64,000 bases of DNA from a bacterium (GTDB taxonomy: Bacteria; Hinthialibacterota; Hinthialibacteria; Hinthialibacterales; Hinthialibacteraceae), in NCBI GenBank assembly GCA_963663405.2, contig CAXXSM010000143.1, positions 1 to 64,000 of the forward strand. Reading direction: 5' to 3'. The position numbers were made by a program, and so were the translations under genes. The notes beneath the pieces were generated by a model. That model saw only the letters and a list, made by a program, of their open reading frames with translations. It searched no databases and was not told the DNA's origin. Shown in pieces: positions 11,384-21,608 of the stretch (the first letter of the stretch is position 1; each line of letters begins with the position of its first letter).

Positions 11384-11462
11384 TATGAAAATGAGTCTCT
11401 AGAACAATCTCATTCGCAAACTCTTCCGCGACTCATTTTTATTTGCAGGTTGTGATCTCAAA
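11384..11462. repeat. Repeat family A, copy 2
   Basis: TATGAAAATGAGT...GACTCATTTTTATTTGCAGGTTGTGATCTCAAA between convergent genes. Confidence 0.85.
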
Positions 11463-11474
11463 TCATGCTGGTTT

Positions 11475-11903
11475 CTATCGATCGATAAATCGCTTGTAAT
11501 GCATCCCTTTCTTTGACGATTTTGGAGCCTCCTCCGAGACCGGTTTCGAGTACGCTTTTGACTCTAATGGTTTCTCTTCACTCAGCGCTTTCTTTAACCG
11601 GCAGGTTTTGCATATCACTTGATCATCGGAGCTTAATTTCCGTCCGCAATGGGCGCACGAAGGCCGCTCAAACTCCTCACTTGTAATGAATGTGAGCCGT
11701 TTTTCCTTGATCCATTTTTCTAGCATCGATGATTCAATATCCAATTCATCGATGATCGTATATTTGGAAGCAGTCCGGTGTGTTCGGAGATATTCCTGCG
11801 CAGCGCTGAGTAATTCCTCTTCTTCCTCTATACATTTCTGGCAAATATCCTGTGAAACCGCATCATACAGTTCTCCACAACGGGAGCAATTCATTAATGC
11901 CAC
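11475..11903 (-). CDS. YvyF-like (TIGR03826-type) zinc-ribbon/HTH protein
   Basis: NCSRCGELY...ICQKC...EYLR...WIKEKRL...CAHCG...CKTC...KGMHY. Confidence 0.7.
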   Translation of the reverse strand: MALMNCSRCGELYDAVSQDICQKCIEEEEELLSAAQEYLRTHRTASKYTIIDELDIESSMLEKWIKEKRLTFITSEEFERPSCAHCGRKLSSDDQVICKTCRLKKALSEEKPLESKAYSKPVSEEAPKSSKKGMHYKRFIDR

Positions 11904-11920
11904 AGAGTATTCTCCTTATC

Positions 11921-12313
11921 CTATCCACTTGGAGCCACATGGACGGCCCCATTTTCATTCCTCTGCCAAACAACGGCCTGTGCGTCCCCCCATAATTGTT
12001 CGAGAGCGTAGAAATCACGGGCTTGTTTCGACAAAATGTGTACAATCAATGATCCAAAATCAAGCAAAATCCAGTTTTGACTGTCTCGGCCTTCCGTGTG
12101 ATCGATTTTTTCGCCGTGCTGCGCCAAGGTTTCCCTGGCCCGGTCCGCCAGCGCGCGCATATGCACATGGCTGTCTCCCGAAGCGATTACGAAATAATCC
12201 GCAAAAGAGGAGACCGATGACAAATCCAGCAACTCAATATCCACTCCCTTTAAATCAGAGAGCGCATCGGCCGCTATTCGAGCGAGAATTTCAGTGTTTT
12301 GTTTTGACTCCAT
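11921..12313 (-). CDS. rsfS: Ribosome silencing factor RsfS (iojap)
   Basis: DLKGVDI, ADYFVIASGDS, WILLDFGSLIVHI and RDFYALEQLW motifs. Confidence 0.95.
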   Translation of the reverse strand: MESKQNTEILARIAADALSDLKGVDIELLDLSSVSSFADYFVIASGDSHVHMRALADRARETLAQHGEKIDHTEGRDSQNWILLDFGSLIVHILSKQARDFYALEQLWGDAQAVVWQRNENGAVHVAPSG

Positions 12314-12510
12314 ACGTTTTGATCTAACCGCCCGGCTAAAAATGGAACTGATTTGACAGCGCCGGAATGTATTTTCTTTTTAATTATAGAGGAAATAGAC
12401 TTAAGAACCAAGATTTGTCAACGAAATGAAATAGAATTATCAAATCGGCCGCAGCGCTCAGTTGACAATATGGCAAAAAAGAGGCTATACGCAGGACTTC
12501 CGTTTATGGA

Positions 12511-14080
12511 TTAGTATTGAGGATTGATCGCTTCGACTTTCCCCGTTTCCCGGTTCAGAACAAACTCCCCACCGAGAGGATCTTCGAAAATGGATTCAGA
12601 CGCATTAAAATATTTATTCCCGATTAAATCTGTCAGTTTCTCCGGATATGTTCCATTTTCTTCTTTATATTGATTCACACCATCTTGGATTGTTTTTAGA
12701 TAAACTATCTGTTCGTCTCTCAAATCCTTCCGGGAAGTGAGATGCCAGTCGTCTTGCCCTTCCTTATTGGTGAATTTGATTAAAAGGTGAGGATCTTCAC
12801 CGTTATAGGTTGTCAATAAATCTTCAAGCGTTCTCGTTTTGTATGTAAGAACAGGGAGAACCTCTTGATAGATATTTGGATCCTCTTCAACCATTTTCTG
12901 AATGACACGCTCAAGATAGCCTTCCGAAACCAATTCCGTCATATGGGCGGAAGGAAGTTCTTTCTTTTCTTCTAGGTAGAGTTCCACAGCTTTTTGAAGG
13001 ATCTCAAGGCATTTATTCGAGTAGATATCGTACAGTTTCTGTTCCGAAATTTGTTTTTTGATCTCATCGCCTTTTTTATCGGCTTCATTGTAATACCGCG
13101 CGTATTGTTCCCAAGCGGCGCGGAACCGGCCCGCCCGCCCGGTCCATTTCATACGCCATCCGTTCGACATAACCTGGCGTTTTTGGATTCCGCGCTCCAA
13201 ATACTTTCACTTCCGAAACTGCGAAAACATCCTCGTCCGCTTCCGTTTGAAACTGATCCAGTCTCACAAATCGCGCTTCTGTGGGCGGTTCGAAATCGTG
13301 GAAATAAACACCCAACACAGCCGTGGTTTCTATATCTTCAAAATCTGTCGGCGTATCAGCGGTGGAGAGACTGAGCCGGTAGGTCTGTTTCGCCGGGGCC
13401 TTGTGTTCGAACCAAATCCGCCCGATGGTCTTCTTGGCGCCGAGATCAATTGTGAGAGAGGAATTTTCACACGTAAATTCCGCATTCGAATACGAGTCGC
13501 CATCGATAATGGCTTCCTCGCTGAATCCCGGCTTTAAACCGGTTGTTTGAATCGACGCGTCATGGGTTAAACTAAGCCCGAAAATCGATTGGATGAAGAG
13601 TTCTTTAGCGAGTTCGTATTCTTTCAATTGATAGAACGCGATAAATCCAGCGTCGAATGGAAGACTCCATTCACCGGGATTGTTATCCGCTCCTTTGAGC
13701 AAATAATCGATAGCGAGGTTGGAATCTTTGACCGACTCATTTACAACGAAACCGGTAAATTTATACGCCGCCACGAAATGGGGATCTAAAGCCAGCATAT
13801 TATCGAATAGATTGATCAAACCTTCGCGCTTTTCGGGTTTATCCAACGTGCTGAAATTGCCGCCGAAATATTGAATTGCGCGCACCCACAACAGATCGGC
13901 CAGCGCCGAGTCAAATCCCAGCGCCGCGACTTTTGTCACTTCGGGCCGGTCGGAAAGCATAAGAATTTTTTCTTCGATCCGGATTCCCGATCGCGCCTCG
14001 ATAATCTTCCCCTGCGCCCACGAGAACAAAAGGCAAGAGACAATAAGGATTCCGATACAGATAAGCGTTGTTTTTCTCAT
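12511..14080 (-). CDS. PilG/XapA-like pilin-associated ABC accessory protein with inserted discoidin (F5/8C)-like domain; one extra G near 13135
   Basis: ADLLWVRAIQYFG and LDPHFVAAY TPR-like region; IDGD..S..TIDLG..ARFVRL..VSEVKVFG discoidin pattern; C-terminal YPEKLTDL...EDPLGGEF. Confidence 0.7.
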
Positions 14081-14862
14081 TTGAAATCCCGCCGTTCAAA
14101 TGTGAGAATCGTGATCATCAACAAGATCGCCGCATAGAGTATTCCATATAATGGGTAGAGGAATACAGCGTTTAAAATAGAACCGATATCTTCTTGATTC
14201 GTAACGTAATTGACAAGGTTGAAGATCTCCAAATTGGGAAGCGCGTAATACAGACCATAGAGTAGATTCGCTGTTCCCGTGGAGCCTTGTTCGAATAACC
14301 GCCGGCTCCATTCCAACAAGTCTTCGGATAGATGACCGATAATCCAGCACATGAACGTCAACACCGCCGAAAGAACTGGTGTGGAGAATGAGGAAAACAG
14401 AACGGCGAACGCCGTGATAATCATCATTTCAAAGAGGAATAAATAGAGCGCCAAAAAGAGGCTGACGGTGATCGTGCTGTTATGCCATATCCCTACCAGA
14501 AAGATAAGCAGCGTTCCCATGATCAACACGTTTACGAAAATCGTGAGAAAGAGCCCCAGATATTTCCCGACGATAAATTGGGTTCGCGTAACTCCCGAAG
14601 CGATAATCGTATAGATCGTGCGTCTCTCCATCTCTTCGTAGACAAGATTCACCCCAACAAACGTCGCTAAGAGAAGACCGAAAATATTGATTACCGATAG
14701 TCCTGCATGTTTGATGATCCGATCGTCTTCTCCCAACGCCAAGGTCGCCAAAATGAGAGAAAAAGCCAGGAGAACCAAGACAAAAACTAAAATAATGTAG
14801 AAGACCTTGTTACGGACGGCTTCTTTATACGTATTGAGCGCAATCGCAAAGATTTTATTCAC
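14077..14862 (-). CDS. ABC-2 permease, PilI/XapBC-like
   Basis: IALNTYKEAVRNK, EEMERRTIYTI and RTQFIVGKYLG motifs; ends FERRDFK; 4-bp overlaps with both neighbours. Confidence 0.85.
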   Translation of the reverse strand: MNKIFAIALNTYKEAVRNKVFYIILVFVLVLLAFSLILATLALGEDDRIIKHAGLSVINIFGLLLATFVGVNLVYEEMERRTIYTIIASGVTRTQFIVGKYLGLFLTIFVNVLIMGTLLIFLVGIWHNSTITVSLFLALYLFLFEMMIITAFAVLFSSFSTPVLSAVLTFMCWIIGHLSEDLLEWSRRLFEQGSTGTANLLYGLYYALPNLEIFNLVNYVTNQEDIGSILNAVFLYPLYGILYAAILLMITILTFERRDFK

Positions 14863-15779
14863 GAGCGTACCTCCCGAACGAAGTAATCTTCCAGCGTTCC
14901 CTGTTCGGGCCTGAATTCGAGAATCCGGCCCCCGGCGGCGCTTGCCTGTTCGGTCAATTTTTGGGCCTCTTCCTGATTTGCCGTAGTGAAATGGATTATA
15001 GACCCAACCGCTTCAGACTCCTCGGCGCTTTGTTTCAGCCGTTCCACTACGTCTTCGGCCAATCCTTCAATTGTAATCCGGTACCGGGACCGGCCCGCGG
15101 CGAGGATCTCATCCACGGTTCCCAGTTTGATCAATTCGCCCTTGTTGAGTATCGCCACCCGGTTGCAAAGCAACTCCACATCCGCCAAGATGTGTGAACA
15201 GAAGAAAATGGTCTTTTTCTCTTCTTTCAGATGGATGATCAAATCACGAATTTCACGTCTTCCAATCGGGTCCAGGCCGGACATGGGTTCGTCCAGCAGG
15301 AGAAGCCGTGGATCAGTGATTAACGCTTGGGCGATTCCCACACGCGTGACCATCCCTTTAGAATATTCGGACAACCGAACCTTGCGGGCGTGATTCAAGC
15401 CGACAATGTCTAAAAGTTTATTCGCTTGTTTTTTCGCGTCCGCTTGGGGAAGCCCGGCGAGTTTAGCGTAGAACAGCAGGAACTCGAAACCCGTTAGAAA
15501 TTTGTAAAAATACGGGTTTTCAGGCATGTACCCAATATTTTCCTGCTGCTGGGTCTCATTGAGTTCCTTATCGAGGAGCCACGCGCTGCCCGATGTGGGG
15601 TAAATGATGCGAAGAAGAATTTTGATTGTCGTTGTTTTGCCAGCGCCATTCGGGCCGAGAAAACCGAAAATCTCTCCTTCTTCCACTTCTAAGTTTAGTT
15701 GATTCAACGCCCTGAAGCGTTTCCCAAAAAAACCAGTAAAGTAATCCTTTGTTAGATCTTGAATCCGAAGGATAGCCAT
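14859..15779 (-). CDS. ABC transporter ATP-binding protein, PilH/XapD-like
   Basis: Walker A GPNGAGKT, signature YSKGM, Walker B LLLLDEP, H-loop SH. Confidence 0.92.
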   Translation of the reverse strand: MAILRIQDLTKDYFTGFFGKRFRALNQLNLEVEEGEIFGFLGPNGAGKTTTIKILLRIIYPTSGSAWLLDKELNETQQQENIGYMPENPYFYKFLTGFEFLLFYAKLAGLPQADAKKQANKLLDIVGLNHARKVRLSEYSKGMVTRVGIAQALITDPRLLLLDEPMSGLDPIGRREIRDLIIHLKEEKKTIFFCSHILADVELLCNRVAILNKGELIKLGTVDEILAAGRSRYRITIEGLAEDVVERLKQSAEESEAVGSIIHFTTANQEEAQKLTEQASAAGGRILEFRPEQGTLEDYFVREVRS

Positions 15780-16050
15780 TTGCTATCTCCCACGTCTTAA
15801 TATATTATTCATTATTGAACCGAAAAATAGAGTTCTTTATATACTATCATTATATTGATTGTAAATAGGAAGGTAAACCTGTCAAGAAGCCTTCACACAC
15901 GTTGACAAGTTATTACATAACTCTCTAAAAAAAAGGCGTTTGCATGAGTGAACGCGTCAGTCCTCTATTATGGAAACAGGTGATCTTTTGCGCTTAATGC
16001 GACATTAATGAAGAATTGGTTATTTTTCTATTCATAATGGAGTAAAAAGG

Positions 16051-16073
16051 AAAACCCGGCTGAAGCCGGGTTT
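16051..16073 (-). terminator. Intrinsic terminator downstream of the CBM9-like gene
   Basis: AAACCCGGC-ttca-GCCGGGTTT followed by T-rich run on the minus strand. Confidence 0.75.
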
Positions 16074-16117
16074 ATTGATATTATCGCAAAATAAATTGTT
16101 TATTATCAAAAAAACCA

Positions 16118-17095
16118 TTAATGGAGAATCGCATCCAGAACCGCGGACGCGGAAGCTTCGCCGAATACAAGATCACCAAATGGACGGGAGACAAATCCGC
16201 TCGTATCGCCAACCCAGTTGATATAATCAGGAGAGGCGCTGGCGGAATGACGGCACACTTGAAGTTTCCAAACGGTTCCAGGAAGCGGCATTCCAGTCAC
16301 ATCACCGCCGTCTACACCCGCCAATCCCCAGATGGCCGTTTCCATATTGCGCACGGTCGCGTCTTCGGCGTCAAGGATAGTCGTATTTTCAAAAATCTCA
16401 TCCGCCACGTATTGATAGTACGGATAATTCAAATCCGACCAGGCGATTCGCCATTCCATGACATAACCATCGGCGGAGGGGCCGTCAACAATTTGCGAGT
16501 CTTTTAGATCCCACCATCCACCAGTCTGCCAATAAACGGTGACTCCATCCACTTCCACTGGATTCGGATCGCGAACGCGGCACCCACCATACCGGCCAAA
16601 TTCGGTGTAGTTGTAGGAATTCCCTGCGTCGTCTTTTTCATCGTAGGACGTGATGGAAGGTTCGGCCTGAATGCTGTAACTATAGAAACTGGGATCGACA
16701 TTCGCCGCATCGTTAGCAACGTTGGCTGGATCGATATAGACGGCGAGATAATCCGTGCCGGCGAATGTCCAGCCCGGCGCGGTTCCACCTTGCTCGGAGC
16801 CTTCCACGACGGAGATCACATCGGTATCGGTGCACTCATACAGAATGTAAAGAGCGTCGAGACTATACAGAATTTTAACACTCGTCGGTTCCGCCGGATC
16901 GGATTCCGTCGCTGAACTGTGTTCCGTGAATTCTGTTATTGCAGTCGCCGCGTCCCATTCTCCTTCCGATACGACACCATCAATCGTGGGAGGATTCGCA
17001 GTGAAATTGGCCGTATAGCTCTGAGCCATGACCAAAGCCGGCGCCGCGAATAAAACGGCGGCCGCGAACATCATTAGAGCAAATCTCTGTTTCAT
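16118..17095 (-). CDS. Secreted CBM9/DOMON-like sugar-binding protein
   Basis: Signal peptide MKQRFALMMFAAAVLFAAPALVMA; PPTIDGVVSEGEWDAA, DALYILYECTD and GYVMEWRIAWSDL motifs. Confidence 0.7.
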   Translation of the reverse strand: MKQRFALMMFAAAVLFAAPALVMAQSYTANFTANPPTIDGVVSEGEWDAATAITEFTEHSSATESDPAEPTSVKILYSLDALYILYECTDTDVISVVEGSEQGGTAPGWTFAGTDYLAVYIDPANVANDAANVDPSFYSYSIQAEPSITSYDEKDDAGNSYNYTEFGRYGGCRVRDPNPVEVDGVTVYWQTGGWWDLKDSQIVDGPSADGYVMEWRIAWSDLNYPYYQYVADEIFENTTILDAEDATVRNMETAIWGLAGVDGGDVTGMPLPGTVWKLQVCRHSASASPDYINWVGDTSGFVSRPFGDLVFGEASASAVLDAILH

Positions 17096-17264
17096 GTTTA
17101 CTTCTCCTAACGTAGAAAAGAATAATATTACGAAGTTACTACAATAAATCTTTTTATACATAATTTCAAGTCAATCGTATATATTGAATCCTGCAGGTTT
17201 TTTAGAATTGAATAGCGAATGACATTTTTAAGTAAAAATGGAAGATGGAAAAAGACACCACTAC

Positions 17265-18035
17265 TCACACTCTCCCCAATTCACAGACAAGGATTAAATC
17301 TTTGCTTTTATCAAGGTCAAACTCAGAGAAATCATAACCTCCATACGTCATGATTTGGGTGAATCCGGCTTCTTGAAGCGCTTCTCTTCCAACCGGTCGC
17401 GGGCGCCACGGGTAGTGACGGAGTTGATGGCTGCGGGAAGTCCATTCCCCCTTTTCTTTCACAGCGGTCACCATGTTGAATTCAAGAAACTCGTTTTGGA
17501 AATCGTAAAAACGGAAAAAGAGATATTCGCGATCGTCTACGATTACGCGAGACGGGGGGGGAAATCTCTTTTTTTTTTACATTTAACAGCGGCTGATAGT
17601 TCAGGATGTGAAAAATAGCCACGCCGGTTTCTTTAAGGCTTTTTGAAAAGATTCTTGGAAGAGACGTTGGAGAGATTCCAGTGTGGTAAGGTGGGAGAGT
17701 GTATTCCCAGCGCAGATGATCGCGTCGAAGCGCTGCTGGATACTCGATGAGAAATCCGTGATCTGGAGGCATTGAAATTCGGCGTCGATCTCCCTTGTAT
17801 CAGCCTGCCGCCGCGCATATTCGATCATCTCTTTTGAACTATCGATTCCGATCACATTGAATCCCTTATCGGCCCAATACAAGGAATGGCCACCGGTTGC
17901 ACAACCGAGATCAAGGATAGAATAGGCGAGACGCTCTTGAAAAAGATGCTGATAAAAGGGATCTTCGTTTTTGATCCGCGTATCCCAATCGATAAAATAA
18001 TCGTAGGTTTGAGCCAGCCGGTCATAAAATTTCAT
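17265..18035 (-). CDS. Class I SAM-dependent methyltransferase, several frameshifts at homopolymers (17480-17650)
   Basis: ILDLGCATG motif I, GIDSS, FDAIICAGNTLSH; C-terminal LQEAGF..YGGYDFSEFD..SKDLILV in ORF 17265..17474. Confidence 0.75.
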
Positions 18036-18380
18036 TGCATTAATCCTTGTTAAGCGAATTCACATTACAAATTGATTCAAATTCCATTCGTTTTTCGTGA
18101 GAGGCTTCCGCAGCGCAAGCAGATTACTTCATTCTACACGAAAAAACACAGGTCCAAAGCATAGAATGATACGACTATATGAGAATGAAAATTCTATAGC
18201 TTGATTCTCCAACTAATCTGAGTATTATATAATGTTTATACTAAATTCATCCAAGACAACGGCTCTGCGATAGCGCCGGGCCGAATATCCTTTCAATCTT
18301 TACCACCTTTTTTCTCCCCAAATCGTTTATCAGGAGAGGAATATAATGGTGGTAATGAATCAAATAATAAACGGAAAACT

Positions 18381-19610
18381 ATGGTAACCGAAAAGACGGC
18401 TATAGACATTGAAACAATCATGCGCCCCGACGCACGGGGACGGTACGGGCCTTATGGAGGGCGTTTTGTGCCCGAAACCTTAATGCCCGCTTTGGCGGAA
18501 CTCGAAGAGGCCCTCCAAAAAGCCAACAACGATCCCTCGTTCGAACGGGAAATACATCAGTATTTAGCGGAATATGTAGGACGGCCGACTCCCTTGTTCT
18601 ACGCCCGCCGGTTAACCGAACATTTGGGCGGCGCAAAGATCTATCTAAAACGCGAAGACTTGACGCATACAGGCGCGCATAAAATCAACAACACCATCGG
18701 CCAGATTCTTCTAGCGGTCCGAATGGGGAAAAAACGGATCATCGCCGAAACCGGCGCGGGTCAGCATGGAGTCGCGACGGCTACGGCGGCGGCGCTTTTC
18801 GGATTGGAATGCATCGTCTACATGGGCGAGGAAGACACGGTCCGTCAGCGATTGAATGTATTCCGGATGAAACTCCTCGGCGCCGAAGTCATCCCCGTTA
18901 CAAGTGGATCAAAAACCCTTAAAGACGCAATGAACGAAGCGATTCGGGATTGGGTGACGAATGTCCGTTCGACGTATTACGTAATCGGATCGGTCGCAGG
19001 TCCGCATCCCTACCCAATGATGGTGCGCGATTTCCAATCGATCATCGGACACGAAACAAAACAACAAATCATCGAGCGGGAAGGCCGCCTGCCGGACACG
19101 CTGATCGCCTGCGTAGGTGGAGGAAGTAACGCGATGGGACTGTTTCATCCCTTTTATGAAGACCGGGATGTAAAATTCATCGGCGTGGAAGCGGCGGGTC
19201 ATGGAATCGAAACCGGTCAACATGCGGCGACGCTCTGCGCTGGAGAGGTGGGAATTCTGCATGGCTCCATCGGCTATCTTTTGCAGGATGAAGGCGGTCA
19301 GATCCAACTGGCTCACTCCGTCTCGGCGGGATTGGATTATCCCGGCGTAGGACCGGAACACTGCTTCTTCAAAGACAGTGGACGGGCGGAATATGTGTCC
19401 ATTACCGATGAAGAAGCATTAGAAGGATTTACGGCGCTTTCAAAACTGGAAGGAATTATCCCCGCTCTTGAATCATCCCATGCGATCGCCCATACCATGA
19501 AAGCAGCGCCTCAGATGAATAATGATCAGGTTATTATCGTAAATCTATCAGGACGGGGTGATAAAGACGTAGAAGCGGCGTCACGCTATTTGAAAGGAGT
19601 GATGGAATGA
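18381..19610 (+). CDS. trpB: Tryptophan synthase beta chain
   Basis: [33 protein letters not shown] and NLSGRGDKD motifs. Confidence 0.98.
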   Translation: MVTEKTAIDIETIMRPDARGRYGPYGGRFVPETLMPALAELEEALQKANNDPSFEREIHQYLAEYVGRPTPLFYARRLTEHLGGAKIYLKREDLTHTGAHKINNTIGQILLAVRMGKKRIIAETGAGQHGVATATAAALFGLECIVYMGEEDTVRQRLNVFRMKLLGAEVIPVTSGSKTLKDAMNEAIRDWVTNVRSTYYVIGSVAGPHPYPMMVRDFQSIIGHETKQQIIEREGRLPDTLIACVGGGSNAMGLFHPFYEDRDVKFIGVEAAGHGIETGQHAATLCAGEVGILHGSIGYLLQDEGGQIQLAHSVSAGLDYPGVGPEHCFFKDSGRAEYVSITDEEALEGFTALSKLEGIIPALESSHAIAHTMKAAPQMNNDQVIIVNLSGRGDKDVEAASRYLKGVME

Positions 19611-20441
19611 GCGCGCTCAACCACAAGCGGGGCGTAGACGCTATATCAGACGTGTTTCAACGCCGAATCCAAGCGAAACAGAAGGTGTTTGTGCCCTACA
19701 TAATGGCGGGAGATCCCGATCCGGGCGCGACGGAGAGAATCGTTCGCGCATTGTCGAGTATCGGCGTGGATCTGATCGAGTTGGGAATGCCCTTCTCCGA
19801 TCCCTTGGCGGACGGGCCGGTGATCCAACGGGCGGGCCAACGGGCGCTGCGGCAGGGAATGACACTGACACGACTGCTGAAGATGGTAAAAAACCCTCCG
19901 GGAGACTATCGACACGCCTATCCTGATCATGACCTACTATAACCTGTTTTATCATTACGGTTTGGAACGATTCGCGCAGGATGCGGCGCGGGCGGGTGTG
20001 GATGGGGTGATTGTGCCCGATCTTCCTCCGGAAGAAGCGGACGCGTTGCGGGACGCGCTGGACGCGGAGCGCATGGCTTTTGTTTACCTGATCGCGCCGA
20101 CAAGTACGGATGATCGCATTCGAGCCATTGCGGATACTGCGCGGGGATTCATCTATTATGTTTCCCGCACCGGCGTGACGGGTGAGCAGCAGGATATCTC
20201 CTCCGATTTAGCGGAAAACATCGCCCGCATCCGTTCAATAACCGATATGCCGCTGGTCGTCGGATTCGGCGTATCCACCCCCGAACAAGCGCAAGAAATT
20301 TCTCATCACGCGGATGGCGTGGTTATGGGCAGCAAGATCGTTCGATTGATCGAAGAATCCAGCGATAGGCCAGACCAAGAAACCGCGAGATTTTTGAAGC
20401 CCTTTACGGATATTCTTCATCCTACAGGAGAATCGGTTTAA
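19607..20441 (+). CDS. trpA: Tryptophan synthase alpha chain, split by one extra A at ~19888-19893
   Basis: [30 protein letters not shown] and VGFGVS motifs; removing one A gives [21 protein letters not shown]. Confidence 0.95.
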
Positions 20442-20694
20442 AGAATTATTTTCATATATCAATGAAACAAGAAATATTTAATCGCTTATTCTGGTATTGA
20501 TATTGAGAAAAAAGTTAAGTACTATACAATTTAGATTATGAGATTGTCTATGCAATCCAAAATGTTGATTTGCATGAATTTTTTGTTTTTCTTTCCTTAC
20601 TGAGGGGAAAATCATTTTGATTACTGCTTTATTTTTAACTACGTTGCGATAAGAAGGGTTGAACATTTTATGATGAGAGATCAGGAGGCCGGTT

Positions 20695-21606
20695 GTGGCT
20701 TGGTTTAGAAGAAAAAATAAATTTCACACGTTGAGCGGCAAGGATAAAAAGAAAAACTTGCCTGAAGGCGTCTGGCGGTTATGTGACAGCTGCCAGGAAT
20801 ACGTCACGAACGAAGAGATCAAGAACAATATGTTCATCTGCCCCCGTTGCGGGCATTACTACGTGATGCCGATCGAGGAACGGATCCGGCATACAATCGA
20901 TGAAGGCAGTTTTGAAGAATTCGACGCGAATCTGGCGTCAAAAAATCCACTTGATTTTGATGGCTACGATAAAAAAATGCGTTCCGCTCAGAAAAAAACC
21001 GGGCGGTACGAAGCGATCGTCACGGGCCGGGGGAAACTGCACGGGTACCCGATTATCCTCTGTGTCCTCGATTTCTCTTTCATGGGAGGAAGCATGGGTT
21101 CGGTCGTAGGGGAAAAAATCACACGGGCGGCGGAACGGGCATTGAACGATGAACTGCCCATTGTGATTATCTCCACCGGCGGGGGTGGAGCGCGGATGCA
21201 GGAAGGGATGCTTTCCCTGATGCAGATGGCGAAGACATCCGCCGCGCTAGGACGATTGAAGAAGAATGGAATCCCTTACATTTCCGTAATCGCGCACCCC
21301 ACCATGGGAGGCGTCGCCGCCAGTTTCGCCGCGCTGGGGGATGTCGTTATCGCTGAACCCAAAGCGCTGATCGGTTTCGCCGGTCCCCGCGTAATCGAAC
21401 AGACGATTGGACAGCGCCTCCCTGAAGGATTCCAGCGTTCGGAATTTCTGCTCAAAAAAGGAATGTTGGATATGATTCTCGACCGTTCAGAGATTCGTAA
21501 TACGATTAGACCCTTAATTAAGCATATGTGGCACGCCCAAATGCGAGCGAAGAATTCCGATACCAGTGAATCCGGCGCAAGTGTATATGCGGTAAAGAGT
21601 ACATAA
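20695..21606 (+). CDS. accD: Acetyl-CoA carboxylase carboxyltransferase beta subunit
   Basis: CxxC...CxxC zinc finger; FMGGSMGSVVGEKI, GARMQEG and IGFAGPRVIEQT motifs. Confidence 0.97.
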   Translation: MAWFRRKNKFHTLSGKDKKKNLPEGVWRLCDSCQEYVTNEEIKNNMFICPRCGHYYVMPIEERIRHTIDEGSFEEFDANLASKNPLDFDGYDKKMRSAQKKTGRYEAIVTGRGKLHGYPIILCVLDFSFMGGSMGSVVGEKITRAAERALNDELPIVIISTGGGGARMQEGMLSLMQMAKTSAALGRLKKNGIPYISVIAHPTMGGVAASFAALGDVVIAEPKALIGFAGPRVIEQTIGQRLPEGFQRSEFLLKKGMLDMILDRSEIRNTIRPLIKHMWHAQMRAKNSDTSESGASVYAVKST

Positions 21607-21608
21607 CT

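Noticed and set aside
11686-12327. 213-aa plus-strand ORF
   Set aside because: Overlaps rsfS and the YvyF-like gene on the opposite strand; no recognisable features
19880-19945. Programmed frameshift or phase variation in trpA
   Set aside because: No precedent known to me; the same one-base homopolymer pattern occurs in many unrelated genes, so sequencing error is more parsimonious
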